From: Promethearchaeota archaeon
Lineage (GTDB): Archaea; Asgardarchaeota; Lokiarchaeia; Sigyniarchaeales; SOKP01
Length of the DNA stretch: 58,974 bases
Reading direction: 5' to 3'
Assembly: GCA_048938445.1 (NCBI GenBank)
Contig: JBHLME010000009.1
Span: forward strand, 1-58,974
The notes beneath the pieces are model-generated. The model made no database searches. It saw only the letters and a program-made list of their open reading frames with translations, and was not told where the DNA came from. The translations under genes were made by a program, and so were the position numbers. Positions 50,083 to 58,974 of the stretch are shown piece by piece (the stretch's first letter is position 1; each line of letters begins with the position of its first letter).

Positions 50083-50780
50083 TTTTTATACAATTTTTTT
50101 CTTATAATTGAATGTTTAGCTGCGATTTTCTTTAAGACTTCTTCGATAGACTCGTTCATATCAATTACTCTCTTAAAAAATACCCCAGTTCTACCATAAC
50201 GTTCTCTCCTTAATAATACATTTTTTCTTTCATTGATGAATTCAATGTTTATTCCCATCTCTTTAGCAACAACATTTTCATTATTTATTATCGATAACTC
50301 TTTATGTCCTTTAGGTATAGGCTTAATCATCACTAGTCTTTTGTCAATTCCAATTGCCCTAATGTCATTTTTTATTTGTTTTAAATCAACCTTACCACCA
50401 AAATCATAAAATTGAAGATTCTTTCTTTCCAATCTTGTCAAAGGTAGAGTGATACATTCTAATTCGTTTAAATGAATGTATAGTCGTATTGAATCTTGTG
50501 GAGTTGCTATGATAATCTCTCTGAAGTAATTATTAAATCCGTACTTTTCAAGAATCAATTCAATTTGAAATGAAGGGATATCGTTTAGTATGATTATATC
50601 TATGTCACTATCACGATGTACATCACCGCGAGCAACGCTTCCATATACATATGGATTATATTGTTCGAACATACTGAGTAATTCAATTGCTCTTTTTCTT
50701 TTTGCTCGTAAAAGGTCCCATTTTTCCTTAGAATAAGTCACGGTAAGATGGTGTTCCCTCAATATGCTTTCTTTTGACAT
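50079..50780 (-). CDS. Pol-beta-like nucleotidyltransferase (COG2413-like)
   Basis: VYGSVARGDVHRDSDIDI, FYDFGG, GIDKRL, GRTGVF. Confidence 0.9.
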   Translation of the reverse strand: MSKESILREHHLTVTYSKEKWDLLRAKRKRAIELLSMFEQYNPYVYGSVARGDVHRDSDIDIIILNDIPSFQIELILEKYGFNNYFREIIIATPQDSIRLYIHLNELECITLPLTRLERKNLQFYDFGGKVDLKQIKNDIRAIGIDKRLVMIKPIPKGHKELSIINNENVVAKEMGINIEFINERKNVLLRRERYGRTGVFFKRVIDMNESIEEVLKKIAAKHSIIRKKLYKK

Positions 50781-50804
50781 AATTAAAGATTAAAGAAGTG
50801 ATTC

Positions 50805-51623
50805 TTAAATAAAAGATTCTAAAAAGTCAATAACCATTCCTAAAAGGAAAGTTTCATAATACTTAAACAGTTTCCGGCTTTTCTCAATAATTTTTATGTT
50901 CAAATCTCTCTTTTCATAATCGGGATATAATTTTAAAAATTTTTTTAAATTTATATTATTTAGGAAAAAAAATGACTTCTTACTAAAAATAATTAATAAT
51001 TTTTGCTTCAAATTTGTATCAGACAGAATATTTGAAAGCTTTCTGATTAAAAATTTATTTATTTTAGGATTTATTAATATCAACGCTTTATTGTTTATTG
51101 AACTTAGCATCGAATATTTTAAAAACATAGCTTTAGAATCTAAGATTAATGTATATGAATTTAAATTTAATTTATATTTTTGTAGAATTGCCTTTAGCTC
51201 TATAATAAGGTTAGCAAGTGCTTCTTTATGATATATTTCCTCTAAACCATTAATTTTATTTTTGAAGTCTATGTTTACGTTTACAACATCAAATCCATAA
51301 CTTGACAAACCCCTTATCAGGAGCTTGTGTATTTTTTTTCCTTCATTTTTCAAAAAAGTAATAATCGTATTTTCTATAGGTTCATGCTTGCTTAATTTCA
51401 GATTACTCACTAAATTTATTCTCCTAATTGAATAAAATTCTCCTATTCTGCTTAAGTTATGATCTTTAATTTTTTTCTTGAGTAATTCAATATGTGAAAA
51501 ACTATTTCGCCACCTTGTTTTTTTTATGAAGACTTTAACACCAAATAAGATTATAAGCAGAATTATGATAATTATACTATCAATGAGGATCCAATCAAGC
51601 CTAAAAATATCAATAAATAACAT
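50805..51623 (-). CDS. membrane-anchored hypothetical protein (possibly degenerate alpha/beta hydrolase)
   Basis: N-terminal TM helix; LSSYGFDVV and LILINP segments; no GxSxG. Confidence 0.5.
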   Translation of the reverse strand: MLFIDIFRLDWILIDSIIIIILLIILFGVKVFIKKTRWRNSFSHIELLKKKIKDHNLSRIGEFYSIRRINLVSNLKLSKHEPIENTIITFLKNEGKKIHKLLIRGLSSYGFDVVNVNIDFKNKINGLEEIYHKEALANLIIELKAILQKYKLNLNSYTLILDSKAMFLKYSMLSSINNKALILINPKINKFLIRKLSNILSDTNLKQKLLIIFSKKSFFFLNNINLKKFLKLYPDYEKRDLNIKIIEKSRKLFKYYETFLLGMVIDFLESFI

Positions 51624-51645
51624 TTATTGGATACAACCACTAAAA

Positions 51646-51960
51646 TTAATTTAAAACATCTTTAATCCAGTTCAAGTATTTCTCAGATCCCTTATCAATT
51701 TTAACACCTATACATTCAGGATTTTCATAACTGTGAATATCAATTATCTTTTCAATTAATTTCTCACTTTTTTCTTCTGTAGTTTTGATTATTAACAGAA
51801 TTTCAGTATCATTTTCTATTTTTCCCTTCCACATATAAATAGAATTTATATCCTTAATAATATTAACACAAGCAGCGATTTGTTTTTCAACCAATAAATT
51901 TCCAATTCGTCTTGCTTCTTCAAAATTACCAACAGTTACAAAAAACAAATATTCATTCAT
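51646..51960 (-). CDS. cutA: divalent-cation tolerance protein CutA
   Basis: AACVNII..INSIY.WKGKIE..E.LLIIKT, HSYENPE, YLNWI. Confidence 0.95.
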   Translation of the reverse strand: MNEYLFFVTVGNFEEARRIGNLLVEKQIAACVNIIKDINSIYMWKGKIENDTEILLIIKTTEEKSEKLIEKIIDIHSYENPECIGVKIDKGSEKYLNWIKDVLN

Positions 51961-52222
51961 AATAATTCAAAATTATATATTTTAGTTAAAAATCTTTAAA
52001 AGTTCTTATTAGAAATAATATCGTAGTTTTTTTATATAAGTAATTTAATTGTGCGGTATAAAAAATTTTCTACACCAGAAATTATTAAATAACCAAATTT
52101 TTATTATTATAAAAGAGTTCTATATTAAGTATAAAATGTTTTCATTATTATAAAAAATTTAAAAATTTATATCAATAATGGTTTATATCATTCTAGAGGC
52201 TTATTAAAAATGAGAAGTCGTA

Positions 52223-52963
52223 TTGGAGGTATTTAAAATGCTTCATAATGTCTATTTAATACATCAACTTACAGGTATCTGTTTGATCCATCGCAAGTAT
52301 GGTTCAATCGAATTCAACCAAGATTTAGTTTCAGGTTTTTTAACCGCACTTAAAGATTTTAGTGTTGAATTTTCTAAAGGAAGTGGAGAGTTGAAGGTAA
52401 TTGACATGCAAGTATTTTATTTGATGCTAGTTTTTAAAGAAGGAGTATTAATTACTGCTGCTGCTGATAAGAATGATGATAGCAAGATAACCCATAAAGC
52501 TTTAACTGAAATAATAGATAAATTTGTCGAAAAATTTGGAGATATTCTTAATGACTGGGCAGGAGATGTCCGAATATTTAGGGGATTCGACGAAATAATT
52601 GACACGACCTTAAAATCAGGTAAGGTAGCTGAAATTCCACTTAGAATTCCGATATTAAAAATCTATAAAAAAGATTTTACCAAATCTCAATCAACTATTG
52701 CAAAGAAGGGAATGATTCTTTCTGCAGATGATTTACAACAAGTCAGTGAAAAAAAACCAGAATGGGTTTCAAAGCGTTTACCAACACAAGTAATTACTCA
52801 GGGATATTTAGATGAAAAACAATACGAAATTGCCCATTTGGCAGATGGTTTTCACACGGTTAGTGATATAGCTGAAGATGCAGGAATTCCCGTTTCAAAA
52901 GTTCAAGGAATTATAGATAAATTAGATCAATATGGATTATTAAAATTTATTGATATAAAGTAA
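52223..52963 (+). CDS. longin domain + C-terminal winged-helix protein
   Basis: NVYLIHQLTGICLI..Y, DLVSGFLTAL..FS.E (longin); ADGFHTVSDIAEDAGIP...IIDKLDQYGLLKF (wHTH); likely ATG at 52238. Confidence 0.75.
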   Translation: MEVFKMLHNVYLIHQLTGICLIHRKYGSIEFNQDLVSGFLTALKDFSVEFSKGSGELKVIDMQVFYLMLVFKEGVLITAAADKNDDSKITHKALTEIIDKFVEKFGDILNDWAGDVRIFRGFDEIIDTTLKSGKVAEIPLRIPILKIYKKDFTKSQSTIAKKGMILSADDLQQVSEKKPEWVSKRLPTQVITQGYLDEKQYEIAHLADGFHTVSDIAEDAGIPVSKVQGIIDKLDQYGLLKFIDIK

Positions 52964-53091
52964 GATTTTACTTTTTTTGAACAAACATTTTTTTTATTGC
53001 TTTTTATGAAATATTTTACTAAGAATGTAAAAATTATTTCTTATACTGTTAAATAAAAAAATTTATGAAAATTAAATTACTATTTTGAGTA

Positions 53092-54564
53092 ATGAATGTA
53101 AAAAAGATTGGAGACAACATTTTCGAAATTGCACCAATGACATTGATGGGGAGAGTTCAAGGTAAGATAGAAAAATTTCAGATGAAGGTTCCTGTTCATA
53201 TATATGCAAATGATTACATTTTAGAGAAAATTAAGTTGGATCGTACTTTAGATCAAATAAGTAATGTAGCCTGCTTACCTGGAATTGAAAAACATGCGAT
53301 TGCTCTTTCAGATGCTCATCAAGGTTATGGATTTTGCATTGGTGGTGTTGCAGGAACGGATGCAGATACTGGAATGATATCTCCTGGTGGTGTTGGTTAT
53401 GATATTAATTGTGGTGTAAGATTATTAAGAACTAATTTATATCAGAAAGATATTGAAAAAATCCTCCCTAATCTGTTAGACAAAATATATAGTAATATTC
53501 CTTCAGGATTAGGATCAAAAGGTAAGTTGTCGTTAAATTATTCTGATTTAGATGAAGCATTAAATAATGGATTGAATTGGGCTTTGGATAATGGATATGC
53601 GATTGAGGAGGATCTTCGTCATTGTGAGGAGAATGGATATTTAAAAGATTCAAATGCAGATTTAGTATCACAAAAAGCTAAGCAACGTGCAATCAAACAA
53701 CTAGGTTCTTTAGGGAGTGGAAATCATTTTCTCGAAATTCAAAAAGTTGATGAAATATATAACAAAAAAATTGCTGAGAAATTGGGAGTTAAAGATAAAA
53801 ATCAGATAATGGTCATGGTTCATACTGGAAGTAGAGCACTTGGTCACCAAGTTTGTACTGATTCCATAAGAAACATTGAAAAAGCCATGAAAGAATATAA
53901 CATTAAGGTTCCTGATAGAGAGCTTGCCTGTGTTCCTGCGGATACTCCAGAAGCACAAAATTATCTGAGTCAAATGTCTTGCGCGGCAAATTTTGGGTTT
54001 TCAAATCGTCAATTAATAACTCATTGGATTAGAGAATCATTTCAAAATTTATTTAAAAGAGATATAGATGAATTGGACTTTAAATTAGTTTATGGTGTCT
54101 GTCATAATATCTTGAAAATCGAAGAACATAAAGTTAACGGGAAAAAAATGTCTTTAAACATTCATCGAAAAGGTGCAACTAGAGCATTTCCTCCAGAACA
54201 TCCTAAAGTTCCACAAGAATATAAAAGCATTGGACAACCAGTATTAATCCCTGGAACAATGGGTTCTTCTTCATATTTATGTGTTGGGAAGCCAAAAGCG
54301 ATGGATCTCACTTTTGGTTCAACTGCTCATGGAGCAGGAAGAGTAATGTCTCGTTCGAAAGCAAAAAAAAAATATTGGGGAGATAAAATTCAAACAGATC
54401 TTCAAAAAAAAGGAATTTTAGTTAAAGCAGCTTCAATGCAAGTAATAGCAGAAGAGGCCCCTGGAGCATATAAAGACATAGATCAAGTAGTTCAAGTAAG
54501 CCACGATCTCGAAATAATTGAAAAAATCGTTAAGTTAACACCCATAGGAGTTGTTAAGGGTTAA
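53092..54564 (+). CDS. rtcB: RNA-splicing ligase RtcB
   Basis: DAHQGYGFCIGGV, GYDINCG, LGSGNHFLE, HTGSR, HN, HRKGAT, PGTMG, HGAGR, EEAPGAYK. Confidence 0.98.
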   Translation: MNVKKIGDNIFEIAPMTLMGRVQGKIEKFQMKVPVHIYANDYILEKIKLDRTLDQISNVACLPGIEKHAIALSDAHQGYGFCIGGVAGTDADTGMISPGGVGYDINCGVRLLRTNLYQKDIEKILPNLLDKIYSNIPSGLGSKGKLSLNYSDLDEALNNGLNWALDNGYAIEEDLRHCEENGYLKDSNADLVSQKAKQRAIKQLGSLGSGNHFLEIQKVDEIYNKKIAEKLGVKDKNQIMVMVHTGSRALGHQVCTDSIRNIEKAMKEYNIKVPDRELACVPADTPEAQNYLSQMSCAANFGFSNRQLITHWIRESFQNLFKRDIDELDFKLVYGVCHNILKIEEHKVNGKKMSLNIHRKGATRAFPPEHPKVPQEYKSIGQPVLIPGTMGSSSYLCVGKPKAMDLTFGSTAHGAGRVMSRSKAKKKYWGDKIQTDLQKKGILVKAASMQVIAEEAPGAYKDIDQVVQVSHDLEIIEKIVKLTPIGVVKG

Positions 54565-54571
54565 AAATACT

Positions 54572-55024
54572 TTAAAGATCAAATACAATTTTTATATCTA
54601 CTTTATTTTCTTGTTCAATAATTTCTATAAAAGAATACGTGATTGCCTTTACTTCTGTTCCAATTTCATGTTTATTGGTATTGAATGGTTCTCCTTTCAA
54701 TTTTGCTTCTAATTGAAATTTTCCTTCAATATTTAATATCTGATTTACTGAAATTTCACAAAATATTAATCCATCTACATCAAAAATATAGAGAAGTTCA
54801 GAAAGAAAATCAAATAATAGCGCTTCTTTGTCTTCAGCTTCAATTTTCACTGATTTTTCAATTTCGGGAGCAATATTTTTCAGATTAGGAGAAATTATCG
54901 TCATTAAACTAAGAGCACATTGAGAAAAAGCTTCTTCTAAATTCTTTCCCCAACTATGGCTTTGAGTATCAGCAGTATGGTCTAAAAATTTAAATCCTTT
55001 CAATTTGTTAATACAAAATGTCAA
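54572..55024 (-). CDS. archease
   Basis: FLDHTAD, WG..LEEAF, EVKAITY, terminal VFDL. Confidence 0.95.
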   Translation of the reverse strand: MTFCINKLKGFKFLDHTADTQSHSWGKNLEEAFSQCALSLMTIISPNLKNIAPEIEKSVKIEAEDKEALLFDFLSELLYIFDVDGLIFCEISVNQILNIEGKFQLEAKLKGEPFNTNKHEIGTEVKAITYSFIEIIEQENKVDIKIVFDL

Positions 55025-55102
55025 GATGTTTAAAAATTTTTAGAACAGATCAATTTCAATAATAGAGGACTTTAAAGTTATAATAATAAATCTATTTTTA
55101 AC

Positions 55103-55606
55103 ATGTTAAATACTTTAATTGATGATTTATTTTTATCTCAAAAAATTGAATTTAAGAAGAAGTTTACAAATAAAGAACTGCTCCTTTTTCAATATTTTAA
55201 AATAAAGACAAAAACTTTTGCAGAAAATATCATAATTATCAATAAGAATATATTTTATTTCGTAAAAAAAAATGATTATTTTAAGGCTAAGATGTATCAG
55301 CATTCATTGAGAATGGATGCAAAAAATATGAAAGTAATAGTCATAAGTTCAGAAAAGATATTGATAAAGCAAATCTTTAGCTTTTTTCCAGATACCTTTA
55401 TTTATGACATTAAACTTGAATTAGATGATAAGAAAGGGTATTATAAAATTATCCTTTTTTTTTTATCTTATAAGGATAGGGGAATTGCTATTGGTAATAG
55501 TGGAGAATATATTGGAGCAATTAATTATATATTTCAAAACTATATTTTCTTGAAAGGAAATTTTGGTAAGAGAAATTTTATAAAAATTGAGTGTAATTTA
55601 ATTTGA
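55103..55606 (+). CDS. divergent archaeal NusA-like KH protein
   Basis: KDRGIAIGNSGEYI KH motif; first KH GxxG missing. Confidence 0.55.
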   Translation: MLNTLIDDLFLSQKIEFKKKFTNKELLLFQYFKIKTKTFAENIIIINKNIFYFVKKNDYFKAKMYQHSLRMDAKNMKVIVISSEKILIKQIFSFFPDTFIYDIKLELDDKKGYYKIILFFLSYKDRGIAIGNSGEYIGAINYIFQNYIFLKGNFGKRNFIKIECNLI

Positions 55607-55612
55607 AAGGAA

Positions 55613-56386
55613 TTACCATGGAACTTCTTTCAATCCAAGCATGTAAGCAATAGTATTAGCCAATAAACTCACTGAAGGAGTTAAAATGATTATGAAAATT
55701 AATATATTTATATCTGGAATTAAAAAGATTGATGGAAAAAACAATCCTGGAATAGATATAAATAAAATAGCACCAAGGGCAAAATCTAATTGATCTACAA
55801 CCCAAAAAGGTGCTCCACTTTTATAATTTAATCTTCTTTTAATGAATGAACCTATTAAATCTCCAAATGCGGCTCCATATGAAGAGAGGATAATTCTAAT
55901 TAGTAAAATTAAAATACCTAGTGGAAGAGTTCCGCCAATAAAATAAAATTCATAATAAAATGGATATTTGTAAAAGAAATACGTATTCAATGGTATCATT
56001 GTGTCGGGTATTAATTTTATAAATGGCCATAATACCATTAATAATAAGAAGATTGCAAAAGAGATGGGAATTCCTATGTATAAGGGGCCTTTAATAAGAC
56101 CATTCCATGTTTTATGATCTCCTAATATTCTTTGACCATTTTTAAAACATCTCCCTCCATCAATGGGTCTTCCCCCGCCAACGATTACCATTGCTGCATT
56201 AGAAAGGTAAGCCGGAAATATAAGTAGTATGGCAAATAATAATAAAGCAATCCAATCAGCAAAAGAATAGATTATTGATGTTACCATTATCTCAATTAAA
56301 AATAAGCAAAGGAATACTAATGTTAGTATTAATGCTATTTTTTTACTTTTTTTTTCTTCAGCAGTTAATTCTCTTCTCTTTTTCAA
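55613..56386 (-). CDS. carS: CDP-archaeol synthase
   Basis: PAYLSN, GGGRPIDGG, ILGDHKTWNG, GDLIGSFIKRR, DQLDF, LGLKEVPW. Confidence 0.95.
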   Translation of the reverse strand: MKKRRELTAEEKKSKKIALILTLVFLCLFLIEIMVTSIIYSFADWIALLLFAILLIFPAYLSNAAMVIVGGGRPIDGGRCFKNGQRILGDHKTWNGLIKGPLYIGIPISFAIFLLLMVLWPFIKLIPDTMIPLNTYFFYKYPFYYEFYFIGGTLPLGILILLIRIILSSYGAAFGDLIGSFIKRRLNYKSGAPFWVVDQLDFALGAILFISIPGLFFPSIFLIPDINILIFIIILTPSVSLLANTIAYMLGLKEVPW

Positions 56387-56688
56387 GTTTTAATTACCCT
56401 GAAATGTATTCTAATCTCATAATTTTCTTAGGTTAATATTTGATTAAATAAAATATTTTTTATTGAAATCTAATTAATAGGACATTAATAATATTGCTCA
56501 ATAAACAATAATCTTTTAAATATCCGACATTAATATAATAAATTACTGCTATAGATGTTTAAACTTTGGTAGGTATTAACAAATTAACATTTTTTAATAA
56601 TCTATGAATTAATAAATAACTTTAAATATCCAAGCGAAATAATTTATAATAAAAAAATTTCGAATGGAATGATGGTGGTGCTAACTAA

Positions 56689-58002
56689 GTGTTGAAAGAT
56701 CCAAATAATAGTAATAATCGCTTTAATATTGAAAAGTTTTATAAAGGTTATTTAAATGCTCCAAAAATATTTAAAAATCAAAATGCATTGGAATCCACCT
56801 ATATTCCAGAGGACCTACCTCATCGTGATAATGAAATTCGCATGATCGCTGAAAAAACAGCCTGTGCATTAAGAGGAGATACTCCCTCAAATTTCTTATG
56901 TTATGGAAGGACGGGTACTGGTAAAACAGCAACCATTCGCTATGTGAGTCAAAAACTTGCCCAACAAATAATCAATCATAAACCTTGGTGGATATATATT
57001 AATTGTAATTTAGTATCAACACCCTATCGCATTTTGGCTCATATTTATAATACAATTTCAGGAAAAGAAAGAATACCTCCGACAGGATTACCTAAAGATG
57101 TCATATTTAAGAAATTATTGGGTTTATTAGATCAAAAAGTTGGATTAACTATCTGTTTTTTAGTATTGGATGAAATTGACGTATTAATAGAGAAAGCCGG
57201 AGGCAACGAGATATTATATCTCCTCACTCGACTAAATGAGAATCTAGATTCTTGTAGAACGAGTTTAATTGGTATATCTAACAAGTTAAAGTTTAAACAA
57301 TTACTCGATCCGAGAGTCTTATCTAGTTTGGGTAAAGAACCTCCAATTGTATTTCATTCATACAATGCAAAGCAACTTGGGGATATTTTACTAGAAAGAG
57401 CAAAAGTAGCATTTTATGAAAACGTCTTAAATGATGAAGTTATTCATTTATGTGCTGCATTAGCGGCCAAAGAAGATGGAGATGCTAGAAAAGCGCTCCA
57501 ATTACTAAAAAAAGCAGGAGAGATTGCAGCTAGATGCCAACATAAAGTTGTTAAAGAAAAGCACGTATATGAGGCTTATGATGAGCTGGAAAAAGATTAT
57601 GTGGAAGAATATATGCTAGGAATGCCTTTACAGGCTCAAATAGTACTTACAGCAATATTTTTAATTAAAAAATTCAATCAAGAATATATTATAACATCTG
57701 GAGATATTTATGAGGTACATTCAGATTTATCTAATAAAATACCAGGGATAAAGCAACTAACTAAGAGGAGAATTAGTGATTATATTAATGAATTAACGTT
57801 ATCTGGAATTATTACAGCGGATACTAGATCTATGGGTCATTATGGAAGGACTAAAATCATTAGTTTAGATGTTGATATGAGTCTAGTAGAAAAAGTATTA
57901 AAAAAAAACACTAAAATTAGAAATATATTGAATTACAAACCAATATTATTACAATCAGATAAGGTTATCTTAAAAAAGAATGTATTTAAGAAATTAATTT
58001 AA
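56689..58002 (+). CDS. cdc6: Orc1/Cdc6 replication initiator
   Basis: YIPEDLPHR, YGRTGTGKT, YINC, VLDEID, LDPRVLSSL, GDARKAL, C-terminal wHTH GHYGRT. Confidence 0.96.
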   Translation: MLKDPNNSNNRFNIEKFYKGYLNAPKIFKNQNALESTYIPEDLPHRDNEIRMIAEKTACALRGDTPSNFLCYGRTGTGKTATIRYVSQKLAQQIINHKPWWIYINCNLVSTPYRILAHIYNTISGKERIPPTGLPKDVIFKKLLGLLDQKVGLTICFLVLDEIDVLIEKAGGNEILYLLTRLNENLDSCRTSLIGISNKLKFKQLLDPRVLSSLGKEPPIVFHSYNAKQLGDILLERAKVAFYENVLNDEVIHLCAALAAKEDGDARKALQLLKKAGEIAARCQHKVVKEKHVYEAYDELEKDYVEEYMLGMPLQAQIVLTAIFLIKKFNQEYIITSGDIYEVHSDLSNKIPGIKQLTKRRISDYINELTLSGIITADTRSMGHYGRTKIISLDVDMSLVEKVLKKNTKIRNILNYKPILLQSDKVILKKNVFKKLI

Positions 58003-58011
58003 TCCTATTAC

Positions 58012-58686
58012 TTATCCTGTAAAATCCCATTCATTAATATTATTAAGAATTTTTTCAAGGAAAGAGATTGTTGAAGCTTCGTTTTTTTCTTTTAAGATAA
58101 GAAAGAGTTTAATTATGTGCTTACAAAACTTTTTTTCTTTAGACTTTCTAGAAGTAAAATCATGACAATCATGAGACAAGATACATTTATTAATATCTAT
58201 ATAGATGTTATAAGGATTTTCTTTAGTTCCAGTTATTTGCGCCTTAACTATTCCATTATTAAAATTGATTTCCAAGAATTCCACTGCATCATTCGAAATT
58301 GATACTGCTCGATTTAAAGCTCCTTTATCTGAAAGTGCTTTTAATATGGTTCCAAAGGGTGATTTGATGGTGCTTTCTCTTTTTTGTACTAATTCCTTCT
58401 TTTTATTTATGTTGGATTTAATCTCTCTTTTTCTTTTTTGATTCCAGTTTATTAGTTCCTTTTCTAATGATTCTGATAATGATATAATGGACTCTTCATT
58501 TTTCGTTATGAGATTATTTTTAAGACCACTTTCAATTAACATTTCGGCCTTTTTTGGTGTTAGAAGAAATAATTCAAAAGAAATCTTATATAATAAATTT
58601 TTTTTTGAAATTTTCGGAAAGTTAATTATTTTCCAGATATATAACAACAATTCAGACTCATTATTGCGAGGTATTACAAAATTCAT
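58012..58686 (-). CDS. SWIM zinc-finger protein with N-terminal wHTH-like domain
   Basis: PYNIYID.....HDCHDF......FCKH; N-terminal ISFEL....PKKAE.LI. Confidence 0.7.
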   Translation of the reverse strand: MNFVIPRNNESELLLYIWKIINFPKISKKNLLYKISFELFLLTPKKAEMLIESGLKNNLITKNEESIISLSESLEKELINWNQKRKREIKSNINKKKELVQKRESTIKSPFGTILKALSDKGALNRAVSISNDAVEFLEINFNNGIVKAQITGTKENPYNIYIDINKCILSHDCHDFTSRKSKEKKFCKHIIKLFLILKEKNEASTISFLEKILNNINEWDFTG

Positions 58687-58724
58687 TAGTATTTAAATTA
58701 TGTTAATCTATTTTATATTAATGT

Positions 58725-58974
58725 TTATATGTGTTTAAAATCTATTTCAGAACATTTATATGTATCTAACTCAATAATCGGGACAATACCTGGTGTTGGT
58801 GAAATTCCAAAACTTTTCATGAAATCCGTTTGAGCTTGAAAACAACCAGAATTGATTAAGGTGACGTTCTTATACTTGTCTCTTCCATTAATATGAACAT
58901 GCCCTGTATGAAAAATGTCCGGAATTTTGTCTATTACTAACCAATCTTGACTCGTGGGTGCGATTTGAGTCCTC
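58725..58974 (-). CDS. polB: DNA polymerase D small subunit DP1, C-terminal fragment
   Basis: DWLVIDKIPDIFHTGHVH...LINSGCFQAQTDF.....PTPG.VPII; truncated by window end. Confidence 0.92.
   Translation of the reverse strand, partial: RTQIAPTSQDWLVIDKIPDIFHTGHVHINGRDKYKNVTLINSGCFQAQTDFMKSFGISPTPGIVPIIELDTYKCSEIDFKHI

Noticed and set aside
50079-50780. MNT-HEPN toxin-antitoxin pair
   Set aside because: No adjacent HEPN gene; this is the longer conserved archaeal nucleotidyltransferase linked to a radical SAM gene

Overview
Low-GC chromosomal segment of an Asgard archaeon, most likely Lokiarchaeia. This call is inferred from archaeal core genes (TFB, GatDE, Nop5/fibrillarin, Elp3, pelota, CarS, Orc1/Cdc6, PolD DP1) together with eukaryotic-signature-like proteins (Rab-like GTPase, longin/uDENN-like, LRR-TIR, polyproline and WH2-like proteins). 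I found no rRNA, tRNA, CRISPR array or transposase. Main findings: (1) rnhB is split inside its catalytic DEAGR|GP motif by a 30-nt stop-containing insert that folds into a bulge-helix-bulge-like structure, a candidate archaeal mRNA intron. (2) A TBP-repeat + degenerate Rab GTPase + winged-helix fusion lies next to a uDENN/longin-like gene. (3) An 8-gene operon encodes a kite-like wHTH protein, a motif-degenerate SMC-like protein, an AAA ATPase and a Zn-ribbon/PC4-like protein; two of its genes appear to start at non-canonical codons. (4) An unannotated 50-aa WH2-like microprotein and a coiled-coil/polyproline/WH2-like protein are candidate actin regulators. (5) There is a cluster of a LITAF-like gene, an AN1-M50 protease and an AN1-pseudorhomboid. 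(6) There is a complete acetone carboxylase operon. All family assignments come from motif recognition by eye; no database searches were run.
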